From Pristiophorus japonicus (lineage: Eukaryota), in the NCBI RefSeq assembly GCF_044704955.1, contig NC_091999.1, positions 24,118,001-24,182,000 of the forward strand: 64,000 nt of DNA, written 5' to 3'. Below the pieces are notes generated by a model. It was not told the origin of the DNA. It saw nothing but the letters and a program-made list of their open reading frames with translations, and searched no databases. Both the position numbers and the translations under genes were made by a program. Each line of letters opens with the position of its first letter. Position 1 is the first letter of the stretch. Of the stretch, positions 51,298 through 64,000 are shown piece by piece.

Positions 51298-53179
51298 ATG
51301 GACAAATTCATTATAAGAAAACGTAAAAATTAGCAAGGAGATATCAATGACAGTGCCACTACAAGTGGCGCTAATAGGCCGACAACCAAAGCCAGTACAA
51401 GCGGCGCAGAACCAAATCCTAAAAAATCCAAAATTATTCGTCAATATATGGAGGATTATTTGAGGTTCAGTTTTTCATGGACAAGATAAGAAGAATGTCC
51501 AACCATTGTGTGTTTGTGCGGAAAAAACTGTAGAACAGTGCAATGGTTCGCAGTAAATTGAAACGTCATTTTACTACGAAGCATGCACATCTTTCAACAA
51601 AAGATCAGAGTTATTTTAGGAAATTAATGTTGACGCAATCAAAAGAAGTGAAATATTTTGAAAAAAATGTTAAGGGTGTCAGATAAGTTTCAAATTGCTT
51701 CTTATGAAGTTGCTGAATTAATAGTGCAGAAAATGAAGTCTCATACTTTAGCTGAGTCACTTATTTTGCCTGCAAGTCGTAAAATTGCCGAAATATTGTT
51801 TGGTGATGCAGCAGAACAAGACATTGCAAAGATTCCGCTGTCTGATGATACAAATCGGAGAAGCATAAATGAAATGTCACCTTACATTGAAGAAAATGTA
51901 GCCAAGAAGCTGACAAACTCGAATTTAGCTTTGCAAATCGACGAGTCCACCGACATTAGTGGTAACGCACAATTATTAGCATCTGTTCACTTCATTCATG
52001 AAAACGAGATATTTAACCAATTTCTGTGCTGTATAGAAATTCAGAAAATACTAGAGGTCAAGGCATATTTGATTCTGTGAATTCATAATTGGAAGACTTG
52101 AAAATTTTATGGGACTCATGTGCTGGAACCTGCACAGACAGTGCTCAATCTATGGTGAGATGTGTCAAAAGATTCAATATGCTCCCAAAAAAACATAATC
52201 CAAATATATTATTCACCCATTGCTTTTTGCATAGAGAAGCACTTGCTGCAAAGACATTACTGCTAGAATTAAAATCTGTGTTAGATCAAGTTGTTAATAT
52301 TGTAAATTATATAAATCCAAATCTTTAAAAACTTGCTTGTTTAAACAGCTCTGCAAAGCTATGGATGCACAGCACGAATGTTTACTTTTGAATACAGATG
52401 TAAGATGGCTTTCAAGCGGGAAAGTCTTATGTCGTGTATTTGAACGTAAAGAAGAATTGTCAGTATTTTTTGAAAGAGAAGGAAACGATACCTTTTGCAA
52501 ATACCTTAAGAGTGAAATGTGGTGTGCTAAGTTAGCATATTTGGCAGCTATATTTAATTGTCTTTGCAGCGTTAATACCAGTATGCAAGGGCGAAATGAA
52601 AACATTCTCACCTCTACAGACAAGCTATTAGGTTTTCAGAAAAATAATTATATCTGGAAAAAGAGAGCAACAGAACAAAATCTTGAAATGTCCCCTTTGA
52701 TAACAAATCACAGTATTAAAAGTTTGCTCCTATTGTGATGGAGCATTTGGCATCACTGGAAGACAACATCATAACATATTTTCTATCTTTGGATGTAGAG
52801 AAGTATGATTGGATAAGAAATCCATTTTCTCGAAATAGTACGTCAGATTTTGATTTGACATTGCAAGAAGACGAAGAATTAACTTCTATTTCTATAGACC
52901 ACGGTCTTAAAATGAAACATTCAGGTATGTTTCTTGATGCATTCTGGATTTCTATTAAAGAAGAATATCCTGCAATATCAAAAAAAAGCTTTGATAATTC
53001 TGATGCAGTTTTCAACATCGTATCACTGTGAATTAGGATTCTTACCTCTTGCGAACATCAAATGCAAAAAAAGGGAAAAATTTAGTGAACTTGAACACGA
53101 AATGAGAGAGGCCTTATCGGTTATAGGCCCTAATATCAGTGACAGAACTAAAAAACGTCAGGCTCAAGTAGCACATTAA
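51298..53179 (+). pseudogene. hAT/Buster transposase pseudogene
   Basis: MDKFIIRKRK start, BED-finger remnant (SKLKRHFTTKH), LQIDESTDI, CTDSAQSM, THCFLHREAL, VRWLSSG, FSTSYHCELGF, QAQVAH*; several stops and frameshifts. Confidence 0.93.
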
Positions 53180-53737
53180 AATACTAATTAATCTGTAATT
53201 AATGTGAGGAATTATTATTATAGTTTATTATTGTATTGTTTCATTCAGAATAAAAAATAATTAATAACTTACATGTGTACAATGTTGTATATCTCATATA
53301 CTGTGACTAATAAAATGTTTTTTAAATTTTCTGAAACTTGATTTTTTAACCTTTTAATCCCTTCAAGTGTGCACCAAAAATTCTAGTATACGAAATTGTG
53401 CTGCGAATACAAGAAGTTTGAGAACCACTGGTTTAGATAGAGTAAATAAATAGGAATTGATTCAGAAGTAAGGTGATTGACTAAGAACCAGAGGCGATAT
53501 TTGGATGAAATTTTTCATGTAACCACTGGTTAGGATTTGGGTTGTACTGCCTGATAGGGTGGTAGATATAGAATCAATAGTTGCCCTCAATATAAAATTG
53601 TACAAATACTTGAATGAGGAAAAAAATCCAGAGATATAGGGAAAGTGCGCTGGAGTGGGACTAACTGGATTGCTCTTCAAGAGAGCCGGCACAGATTCTT
53701 TGGGCTGAATGGCCACCTTCTGTGCCATACTAATCTA

Positions 53738-55640
53738 TGAATGACCATAACATGGTTGAATTTCAAATTCAGTTGGAGGGTGAGAGAGTTGGTTCTCAAA
53801 GCAGTATCCAAATCTTATATAAAGGGGACTACAAATGTCTGAGGGCAGTGGTTGCTAAAGCGTACTGGGAAAATAGATAAAAGTATGGGACGGTTGATGA
53901 GCAGTGGCAGACATTTAACGAGATATTTCATAACTCGCAACAAAAATATATACTAATGAGAAGGCAAGACTGTAAAAATAGGGATAACCATCCGTGGCTA
54001 AGTAACGAAATAAGAGAAGGTGTCAAATTGGAAACAAAGGCATACAATGTGGCCAAGACTAGTGGGAGCCGAGAGGATTGGGAAACTTTATAAAGCCAGC
54101 AAAGAACAACTAAACAAATTATAAAGAGAGAGAAGACAGATTAGGAAAATAAACCAGCACGAAATATAAAAAAAGATGGTAAGACTTTCTACATGTACAT
54201 AACGCAAAAGAGATGCTAAACTAAATGTTGGTCAACAAGAGGATCTGACTGGGGAATTAATAATCGAGAACAGGGAAATGGCAGACGCATTGAACAAATA
54301 TTATGTATCGGTCATCACAGTAGCAGACACTAAAAACATCTAAATAGTGGAAAATCAAAGTACTATATGGAGGGAGGAAATTATTACAATTATTATCACT
54401 AATGAAGTAATACTCGGTAAAATAATGGGATTTAAGGCAGACAATTCCCCAGGACTTGGTGGCTTACATCCAAAGGTCCTGAAAGAAGTGGCTGCAGAGA
54501 TGGTGATGCATTGGTTGTAATCTACCAACATTCCTTTGTTTCTGGGGCGGTCCCAGCGGATTGGAAAACTGCAAATTTAGTGCTCCTATTTAAAAAAACA
54601 GGCAGACAGAAGGCAAGCAAATATAGACTAGTGAGCCGAACATCTGTCATTGGGAAAATGCTGGAGTCCATTCAGAAAGCAGTAGCGGGACATTTGGAAA
54701 ATCATAATTCAATCAAGCACAGTCAGCATGGTTTCGTGAACGGGAAATCAAGTTTGACAAATTTGGTGGAGATCTTTGAGGATGTAACGAGCAGGTTGGA
54801 TTAGGGTGATCCATTGGATGTAGTGTATTTGGATTTCCGGAAGGCATTCGATAAGATGCCACATAAAAGGTTACTGAACGATAAACGTTCACGGGGTTGG
54901 GGTTAATATATGGATAGAGGATTGGCTAACTAACAGATCGGAGAGTCGGGATAAATTGGTCAATTTCCGTTTGGCAAACAGTAATTCGTGGTGTGACGCA
55001 GGGATCAGGGTTGGAACCTCAACTATTACAATCGATAATAATAAATTGGATGAAGGCCTGCAGTGTAACATAGCCAATTTGCAAATGTTAGAAAGATAGG
55101 GATAGGTGGGAAAGAAAATTGTGAGGAGGACACAAAATATCTGCAAAGGGATATGGACTGACTAAGTTCATGGGCAAAACTGTGCAGGATATTGATGATG
55201 CCACACCGAGAGTACTGCGTCCAGTTTTGGTCTCTGTATTTAAGAAAGGATATATCTGCATTGGAGGCATTTCAGCGAAGATTGATTCCAGAGATGAGGG
55301 GGTTGACTTATGAAGATAGGTTGAGTAGGTTGGGCCTATACACATTGGAATTCAGAAGATGAGAGGTGATCTTATTGAAACTTATAAGATAATAAGGGTG
55401 TTCTACAAGATGGATGCAGGGAGGATATTTCCACTCATAGGGGAAAATAAAACTAGGGGACATAGTCTCAGAATAAGGAGCCACCCATTTAAAACTGAGA
55501 TGAGGGGAATTTCTTCGCTTAGAGTGTTGTAATATGTGGAATTCTCAGCCCCAGAGAGTTGTGGAGGCTAAGTCATTGAATATATTTAAGGTGGAGATAG
55601 AAATATCTTTGAACAATAAGAGAATAAACGGTTATGGGGA
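53738..55640 (+). mobile_element. CR1 LINE ORF2 remnant, paralogue of 30392-32400 (tail resumes at ~56420-56530)
   Basis: Same junctions; 3' tail split by the tRNA-LINE insertion. Confidence 0.9.
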
Positions 55641-56328
55641 TAGAAACATAGAAACATAGAAAATAGGTGCAGGAGTAGGCCATTCGACCCTTCTAGCCTG
55701 CACCGCCATTCAATGAGTTCATGGCTGAACATGGAACTTCAGTACCCCATTCCTGCTTTCTCGCCAGACCCCTTGATCCCCCGAGTAGTAAGGACTTCAT
55801 TTAACTCCTTTTTGAATATATTTATTTAATTGGCCTCAACAACTTTCTGTGGTAGAGAATTCCACAGGTTCACCACTCTCTGGGTGAAGAGTTTCTCCTC
55901 ATCTCGGTCCTAAATGGCTTACCCCTTATCCTTAGACTGTGACCCCTGGTTCTGGACTTACCCAACATTGGGAACATTCTTCCTGCATCTAACATGTCTG
56001 AACCCATCAGATTTTGAAACGTTTCTATGAGGTTCCCTCTCATTCTTCTGAACTGCAGTGAATACAAGCCCAGTTGATCCAGTCTTTCTTGATAGGTCAG
56101 TCCCGCCATCCCGGGAATCAGTCTGGTGAACCTTCGCTGCACTCCCTCAATAGCAAGAATGTCCTTCCTCAAGTTAGGAGATCAAAACTGTACACAATAC
56201 TCCAGGTGTGGCCTCACCAAGGCCCTGCACAAATGTAGCAACACCTCCCTGCCCCTGTACTCAAATCCCCTCGCGATTAAGGCCAACATGCCATTTGCTT
56301 TCTTAACTGCCTGCTGTACCTGCATGCC
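55641..56328 (-). mobile_element. Young 5'-truncated CR1 LINE fused to a tRNA
   Basis: ORF 55870-56172 RKDILAIEGVQRRFTRLIPGM..; (TTTCTATG)n tail at 55641-55661. Confidence 0.9.
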
Positions 56329-56338
56329 AAAAAACATC

Positions 56339-56411
56339 TGCCAAAACCCAGGATTGAACAAGGGACCTTTAGATTTTCAGTCTAACGCTCTTCCAACTGT
56401 GCTATTTCGGC
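56339..56411 (-). pseudogene. tRNA-Phe(GAA) pseudogene / retrocopy
   Basis: GCCGAAATAGCACAGTTGGAAGAGCGTTAGACTGAAAATCTAAAGGTCCCTTGTTCAATCCTGGGTTTTGGCA, 73 nt; 7 substitutions against the canonical vertebrate tRNA-Phe as I recall it, including D-stem and T-stem mismatches; no CCA; T6 four nt downstream. Confidence 0.92.
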
Positions 56412-56554
56412 TGGCATTTCGGTGCATAGAGAGGTGGAGCTGAGTCCATAATCAAATCAGCCATGATAGTAAATTGCAGAGCAGGATCGAGGGACTCGGT
56501 GGCCTACTCCTGCTCCTATTGCTTATGTTATTTTGTTTTTGTTACTATCTTTGT

Positions 56555-56930
56555 TGAAATTACACTAAACCTTGTCGTTGTTTAATTACATTAGGCCATG
56601 TCTCTGTTTATATTACACTTGGCCCTGTCTTGATTTATATTACACTAGATCTTGTCTCTGTTTATAATACACTAGGCCCTGTCTCTGTTTATATTACACG
56701 AGATCTTGTCTCTGTTTAAATTACACTAGACCCTGTCTCTGGTTATATTTACTAGGCCCTGTCTCTCTTTATATTGCACTAGGCCCTGTCTCTGTTTATG
56801 TTATGCTGGACCCTGTCTCCATTTATATTCCACTAGGCCCTGTCTCTGTTTAGGTTACACTAGACCCTGTCTCCCTTTATGTTACACTAGGCCCTGTCTG
56901 CCTTTATGTTAAACTGGGCCATGTATCTGT
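56555..56930 (+). repeat. 27-bp minisatellite array
   Basis: Tandem units. Confidence 0.9.
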
Positions 56931-57537
56931 TGACTTCACAAGACAATGTCTGTTTGTGTCAACCGGGGCTCAGTATTTCTCACTTTTGCCTTCGTATCAG
57001 ATAGTTTTGTGATAAACTCCCACTCCAAGGATTATATATCTATTTATTGTACAACAGTCATGGTTGTCAGTTATTTCTGCATTCGACCATGCGTCTGTTA
57101 GATAGACAGAAGATATATAGACAGTGGATAGATATTAATATAAATAAAGATATATATGCGTGAGGGTGGGAGGATGCAATACTTTTTTCGTTGGAACATA
57201 CGTTTAATTTCGTTACTAGCTAGTAAGAGTTGTGTGCAAAGTAATTTAGATCTGTTATTGCATCGGTAATATTTGTGTTGCGAGGATGGGCTGATTCTTG
57301 TAACAATCTCCCAGAGATGGACTAGGATTGAGGGACAGCACTGAAGGTGAGCAATCCACTGCACTTTGAACTACTTAGTGGCACTCTGTGTGTTAAAGGT
57401 TACTAATTCACACTTGTCTTGTACTGTGCTCATTTCCCCCAGTTATTTAATGTTAAGGAGTGTTTTTCTTGCAATATTTTCGATTGCGATTTTACGTGAC
57501 CCACTGGTTGTGTAAGACAGAGCCTGGAACCGTGACC

Positions 57538-57614
57538 TCACAGCACCGCCGTATCGGCGACTGTAGGATCCGAATATCCACCGAATACTTCTCTCCTATG
57601 GTTTAGACGATCAA
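57538..57614 (-). other. Candidate terminal coding exon in block X (copy 5)
   Basis: CTCTTTTTAG acceptor; DRLNHRREVFGGYSDPTVADTAVL*. Confidence 0.25.
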
Positions 57615-60600
57615 CTAAAAAGAGCACACACAAAGTGTTTGCTATATATGTCTGTGTGTATGTGTGTGTCTGTGTGTGTTTGTGTGTGTATGTATGTACG
57701 TGTGTATGTGTGTATGTGCAAATGTATGTGTGTGTGTCCAAATCATAATATGTGCAATTGCATTCCACAAAGATAAATAATTATCTTCAACCATTATTTT
57801 TCAGCATTTTATTTTAATCAACATCTAATTGCAGATCGTTTAATACCATTTAAACATATTGATACCATGTTGTCTTGCATGCTCTGATGCAAAGTGATGT
57901 CACGCTGACCTTGCTGCTATTAAGGTGACGATGTCTGTTCGCAGTATTCAGTGGGAAAGGGCATTAAATCACACCGAGGAAAATAAGCAGCCAGCCACCA
58001 GTCTCTGCAATTTACTGTGCAGTGATCACCTCACCATCACACAGAATCCCCTGATATACACCTGCAGCGTGTGATGATTACTGCAAATGTTGTAAAACAT
58101 GAAACTGCACCTGCACCTGATTGAGATTAACAAATCTGTAATTAGCTTACACATTGTTTCTATCATTATACCAGACCCTGTCGCAGTTTTTACGGTAATA
58201 GACCAAGTCTCAGTTTTTATGCCGTTGATGTGGTTGACTTCCAAAAGGTGTTTGATAAAGTGCGCTTACAATATCTTTGCCAGCAAAATGGAATCCCACA
58301 GAATAAAAGGGATAGTGGCAGCATGGATATGAAATTGAATGAGTGGCAGGAATCAGAGAGCAATGTTTTTTTTTGTACTGGAGAAAGGTGTACAGTGGTG
58401 TTCTGCAGCAGTTGGTGCTAGGAACACTGCTTTTCTTGATTTTTATTCATGACTTACATTTAGGTGTAAGGGCACAATTTCAAAAGTTGCAGATGACTCA
58501 TAGCTTGGTCGTATAGTGAACAGTGAGGAGGATAGTATGAGACGTCAAGAGGACATAGACATGCTGGTGGAATAGACGGACACGTGGCAAATAAAAAACA
58601 GAAAATTGTGAAGTGATACTTTTTGATAGGAAGAATGAGGACAGGCAAAATATACTAAAGGATACAATTCTAAAAGGTGTGATGAACACAGAGACCCGGG
58701 GATATATGTGCACAAATCATTGAATGTGGCAGGACAGGTTCAGAAAGTGTTTTGAAAAGCATACGTCATCCTGGGCTTCATAAATAGAGCCATAGAATAC
58801 AAAAGCAAGGAAATTATGACGAACCTGTTTAAAACACTGATAAGGCCTCAAATGAAGTTTTGTGTCCAATTCTGGGCACCGCGCTTTAGTAAGGATATGA
58901 AGGCCTTAGCGAGGGTGCAAAAAGATTTACGTGTGGTTCCAGGGATAAGGTACTTCGGTTATGTGGAGAGACAGGAGAAGCTGGGGTTCTTATCCTTAGA
59001 GCAGAGAAGGGTGAGATGAGATTTGATCGAGGTGTTCATAATTATAAGGGATCTAGACAGAGAAGCTGGAGAAAAACCTTTCCCATTGGCGGAAGGGTTG
59101 AGAAAAGAGGACACAGATTTAAGACAGAAGATCCAAAGGCGACATTAGGGAAATATTTTTATGCAGCGATTGTTTAGAATCTGAAATGCACTGCCTAAAA
59201 GGTTGGTGGGGGCAGATTCAATCATGGCATTACAAAGGGAATTGGATAATTACTTGAAGGAAGAAAATTCACAGGGCTACCGGAAAGGGCGGGGGAGTGG
59301 ACTAGCTGAAATGCTCTTGCAGAGAGCGGCACGGACTATATGGGTCGAAAGTTCCTCTTCTGTGCTGTAACCATTCTATGATTGTATAATACACCAGAGC
59401 CTGTCTCAGTTGTTACTGAACGAGACAATGTTCCAGTTTACATAACCCCACACAGCACGTTAAATATTCACTCCATCCACCACCGGCGCACCATGTCTGC
59501 AGTGATTACTATCCACAAGATGCATTGTAGCAACTCGGCTTGACATCTTCGACAGCACTTTCCAAACCTACGACCTCTTCCAACTAGAAGGGCAAGGACA
59601 GCAGGGTCATAGGAATACCATCATCTCAACGTACCCGTCCAAATCACACACCATTATGTCTTTGAAATGTATTACCGTTCCTTCATAGTCACTGGGTTCA
59701 ATTCGTGGAACCCCTCCCTAACACTGTGCAAGTACCTTCACCACACGGTCTGCAGCGGATCAAGGTGGCAGCTCACCACCTGCTTCTCAAGGCCAATTAT
59801 GGATAGACCATCAATGATGGCCTTGCCAGCGACACCCACGTTTCAGTGACCAATAAAACAATATCCCTGTATAGAACTACTAGTATTGTACTCGGCGCTG
59901 TCTCAGATATTACTGGAATATGCCATGCCTTTGTTCCTATTATAAAAGACTCTGTATCTGTTTATATTAAACTACACTAGGACATTGCTTATATTGCACT
60001 AGCCCGATCTTTTCACATTACTGTATTAAACCATGTCTCTGTTAATATTAGACTAGACCCTGTCACCGTTATCACTGCATTAGATTATGTCCTTGTTTAT
60101 ATTAAGCTAGACGCTGTCTCAGTTATTACTGCCCTAGACGCTGTAACGCCCAGGGCAGGTACAGCATCTGTCAGATACAGGGTAAACTCCCGCTATGCTG
60201 TCCCATCACACACTGCCAGGGCAGGTACAGCACAGTTTAGGCACAGACTAATGCTCCCTCTACAAAGTCCCATCAAACAATCGCAGGGCAGATACAGCAC
60301 GGGTTAGATATAGCGTAAAGATCTACACTGTCCCATCATATACTCCCATATCATTTAATGCACAGTTTACATTTGGATTAAAACTCCCTCTGTGCACTCC
60401 GATCAATTTGTTCCGAGGCATATCCTTATGGCTGAGGGTAATCTTTTGTTAGCTGTTGACATTTATTTGTGGGGAAATGTCAATGAACAATTCTTGAGAG
60501 ACGGAACAGAAAATGGAAATACGAGAATGAGACGAGACATGTGATGTTGCTGTTCATGCTGACGAGAAGGAACCTTTCCCCATTCTCTCCGTGGGTATCA

Positions 60601-61169
60601 TTTTTACTTGATTCGAATATAATTTAGTGAAATGTACCAAAAAACAATTGTTACTGGAATCTGTTGACACATTTCCATTTCTGTCCATCTTTATTTCGAT
60701 GCTGTGTTGGTGGGGAAACATTTGTTGTGTCTCTGTCGCTCAATACTCTAATCTGGGGCTTCTATTTCTGTGTTTATTTACAGAAACGCCTCACTGGTTG
60801 CCATGACGTGTTCATGGCAGCATAATCAGAACAACAGAGTCGCTTATTGATTAGACTCAACTCACAACAATGGCTTATTTTAAGCATATTGACAGTGGGT
60901 ACACAGAAGTAGAAATATTTCGAACAGTGACGTTGGCTTCAGTTTTGTTCAATTGCAACAGATGTGATTTATATCAAAGGGAATAAATATTAACATTAAT
61001 AATTCAGTTCTGAATGTTCTGCTGCTTAATCAATGGAACATCTATGAACAGGTTGGTATTCCACTGGATCTCCATTTAATGGAAGATTTAACCAACTGAA
61101 ATTAACCAAGTTAAACCAGTGACCAGAGGAGTGTTCGTCAATTACAGTAATATCTAAGCTGGTCACATA

Positions 61170-61574
61170 AAATGATTTACACACAATGAATTACTATCCA
61201 AGTGTGGTCACCTTTGTAATGTAGGAAACGTGGCTGTCAATTGGTGCACAGCAAGATCCCGCAAACAGCAATGAAATAATGATAAGATAATCTATTTTTC
61301 AAATGTTGCTTGAGGGATAAGTATTTGCGCTGTAAACCCTGGAGAACTCCTCTGCTCTCTAAAATAGTGCCATGAGTCCTTTATATCCAACTGAGTGGGA
61401 AGATGTGCCTCAGTTTAATATCTGCCCTGAATGACGGCACCTCTGACCGTGCAGCACTCCCTCAGTACTGGTACCGGTCGAGTCAGCGTAGATTATGGAT
61501 CAGGTTTCTGGAGTGGAATTTAGTATCTGTGACCTTCTGAGTCAGAGGCGAGAACGATCCCACTGGACCGAGGC
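61170..61574 (-). mobile_element. DeuSINE, copy 5 paralogue
   Basis: Colinear with copy 1; 3' tail removed by a small deletion. Confidence 0.85.
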
Positions 61575-63084
61575 TTGAACATATCACAGCTTGTATTTTA
61601 AAATGCTGCCATTCAACTCATCGTGTCTGAAGTTCAGAGCCTGCGCCCAATCTTATACCGCTCCATTTATTATCAGGAGCCAGTTCTCTTTTCTTGCCTG
61701 GGATGTCATTCCCACACTGGGATTTACACTGGTGTCAGCGATTCAGCGGGGAACATCTGGAAGTGCCCGAAGCAGAAGGACTCACCGAACCTAAGTTTTA
61801 CACTGTGTGAGCTGCACCATCAGAGCAGCTGGAATCAGGGACTGTTCTCCTGAGAGCCGAGCAGGTTATGGGCCATGTAATAGCGGTGTTCAAAATCATG
61901 AAGAGTTTAGGTCGGGTAAATTGGCAGATACTCCATCACTCCCTCCCATCATCCCTCCCACCCTTCACCAGTATCTCCTTCTCTCCCTCCCTTCATTCCT
62001 CCCTCCAGAATTGCACCCTCCCTATACCCATCCCTCCCTCCCGCTGTCCATCGCTCCAACCCAGCTTTACTCCACCCCGCCCTTGCTCCACACCTTCCAC
62101 CCTCCATCCCAGCCTCAGCCCAAACGTTTCTTATTTTTCCCTTTGCAGTGTTTCTGCTTCCATCGATGGGGATTCCTCAGCTGGGATTTTCTGCACCCAA
62201 TTCCTTCACCGGGCTTTCAAATATATTAACAAATAAGAGAGAGAGCGATGCTTAATCTGTGCATTTGACCCCACCACCCCCCACCTTCTCCTAAAAAACT
62301 GACGTGAAATAACATGTTGACCTTTCCGGAGAGGGAGTTGGCTGGGGAACTGGCGCGGGGTAGAAGTTCAAGTTGGGGCAGTCAGGATATTTTACCATTT
62401 TTTAAACAAAAAAGTGCATTTTTGCAAGACAACGATGACTTTCAGCTGTTCTGTTTTCCTCCCCCTTCTCCCTGTTGAGGACGGACCAGTTCCCGCCCAG
62501 AGCTCACTGCCATTGTGTGTACGGGTCGGTAGGATTCAAGTTCTCGCCAGGCGGACAGACTTTGAGAAGCTGGGCCTGTTCTCCTTAGAGCAGGGAAGGG
62601 TGAGGGGAGATATAGCAGATTAGTACCAGGGATGAATGACTAGAAACACTAGTTTGGCCCCAGCTGGAGTATTGTATCCAATTTTGGGCACCACACTTTA
62701 GGAAGGACGTGAAGACTTTCGAGAGGGTACCGAAGAGATTGATTGGAAACGCATCAGGGATGGGCGATTACAAATATGTGGACAGACTGGAGAAGCCAGT
62801 GCTGTTCTCCTTGGAGCAGAAATGGTTAAGAGGAGATTTAGTAGATTGGTACCTGCATGAGGGATTTCATTTAATGTGGAGAGACCGCAGAAGATGGGAT
62901 TTTTCTCCTTAGAGCAGAAATGGTTAAGAGGAGATGTAGTAGATTATCATCAGGCATGAGAGACTTCAGTTAATGTTGAGTTGCGGTCGAAGGCCAGCCA
63001 TGCTCTTCCTGAATGGCGGAGCAGACTTGAGGGGCCGAATGGCCTACTCTTGCTCCTCATTGTTATGTCCTTATTTTCTTAAAC

Positions 63085-64000
63085 AGAGTCTGTGTGTACT
63101 GTAGTATAACTCAGACAGAACCTAGTGTAATATAAACCAGGTCATGAATTATATAAACAGAGAAATATCTGTTTCAGTAATAATTGATATTGGGACTTAT
63201 GTAATATAAACAGAGAAATGGTCAGATATAATTTAACTAAAATATGTTCTGGTGCAGGAATAACTGGGACTGGGTCATGTGTAATATAAACAGGGACATG
63301 GTCCTGTATAATATAAACTGAGACCAGGTAAAGTACATTAATAACTTAGACAGTTATGCCCTGCCTCAGTTATACTGATCTGGAGAATGCCTCTGTTAAA
63401 AGTACAGCAGGACATGTTTTAGTTTTTGCTGTAATAGAACTTGTCTCTGTTTATATTACAGTAGGTCCAGTCTCTGTTTATATTACAGTAGACTATGTCT
63501 CAGTTTCTATTATACTGGACAATATCTCTGTTTATATTGCACTAGAAAATGTCTCTGGTTATATTACACTAGACACTGTCTCAGTTTATTTACACGAGAT
63601 AATGTCTCAGTTTATATTACAGTATACAATCTCTCTGTTTATATTACACGAGACAATGTGCATGTTTACATTGCCCGAGACAATGTTTCTGTTTATTTTA
63701 CACAAGACAATGTCCCTGTTTATATTACACAAGACGATGTCTCAGTTATTACTGCACCAGACCATAGCGCAGGAATATTAGACTAGGTCCTATCTCCATC
63801 AGTACTGTACTAGACTCTTTTTCTGATAATATTGCACAATGTCCTGCCTCATTCATTATTGCACAAGACCTGGTCACTAGTTATTTTACACTATGTTCTG
63901 CATCTGTTCATATTACACTGGGCCATGTGTCAGTTATTACCGCACTAAGCCATGTCTCTGTTTATATTACACAAGGCTCTCTCTGTTAGTATTGCATGAG
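63085..64000. repeat. Inverted then forward 27-bp minisatellite arrays
   Basis: Minus-orientation units to ~63340 and plus-orientation units from ~63355; same arrangement at 13820-14369. Confidence 0.85.

Larger units (their letters stand above)
50190..53430 (+). mobile_element. hAT DNA transposon, Buster/Charlie family, full length
   Basis: TIRs CAGTGGTTCTCAA (50190) and TTGAGAACCACTG (to 53430); perfect 8-bp TSD GTTTAGAT (50182-50189, 53431-53438) with the central TA typical of Buster elements. Confidence 0.97.
42497..57087 (+). repeat. Large tandem unit, copy 4 (contains hAT and tRNA-LINE chimera)
   Basis: Same block order; anchor catgcgtctgttaga at 42497. Confidence 0.9.
57088..64000 (+). 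repeat. Large tandem unit, copy 5 (runs off the window)
   Basis: Same order; right end (63085-64000) is colinear with copy 1 13810-14360 + 19342-19945, without the ERV. Confidence 0.9.

Noticed and set aside
56339-56411. Functional tRNA-Phe gene
   Set aside because: Stem-disrupting substitutions, G37A, and location inside a retrotransposed cassette

Overview
Vertebrate genomic DNA, almost certainly from a cartilaginous fish (shark-type IgM VH gene, HER1/HE1-like CR1 LINE tails, DeuSINE/SacSINE1-like SINEs). The only clearly recognisable host gene is at the left edge: the leader exon, 126-bp intron and first two-thirds of the V exon of an immunoglobulin heavy-chain VH segment on the minus strand (1-368), which the ORF track misses. 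The other ~63.5 kb lies upstream of this VH promoter. From ~7.9 kb to the right edge it is five diverged tandem copies of an 8-15 kb unit (starts ~7904, 23079, 34161, 42497, 57088). Each unit has unique conserved blocks (here called X, Y, Z, W, V) interleaved with a 27-bp minisatellite, a 67-bp satellite, (TG)n, old CR1 fragments and a DeuSINE. Copy-specific insertions are a heavily deleted class I endogenous retrovirus with gamma-type env (14370-19341), a complete hAT/Buster DNA transposon with an 8-bp TSD (50190-53430), young CR1 3' ends, and a pre-tRNA-Phe/CR1 chimera (55641-56419). Block X holds a candidate short minus-strand terminal exon whose frame is kept in copies 3-5. Most ORFs in the track are repeat artefacts. 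Repeat boundaries are read by eye and approximate unless a motif is quoted.
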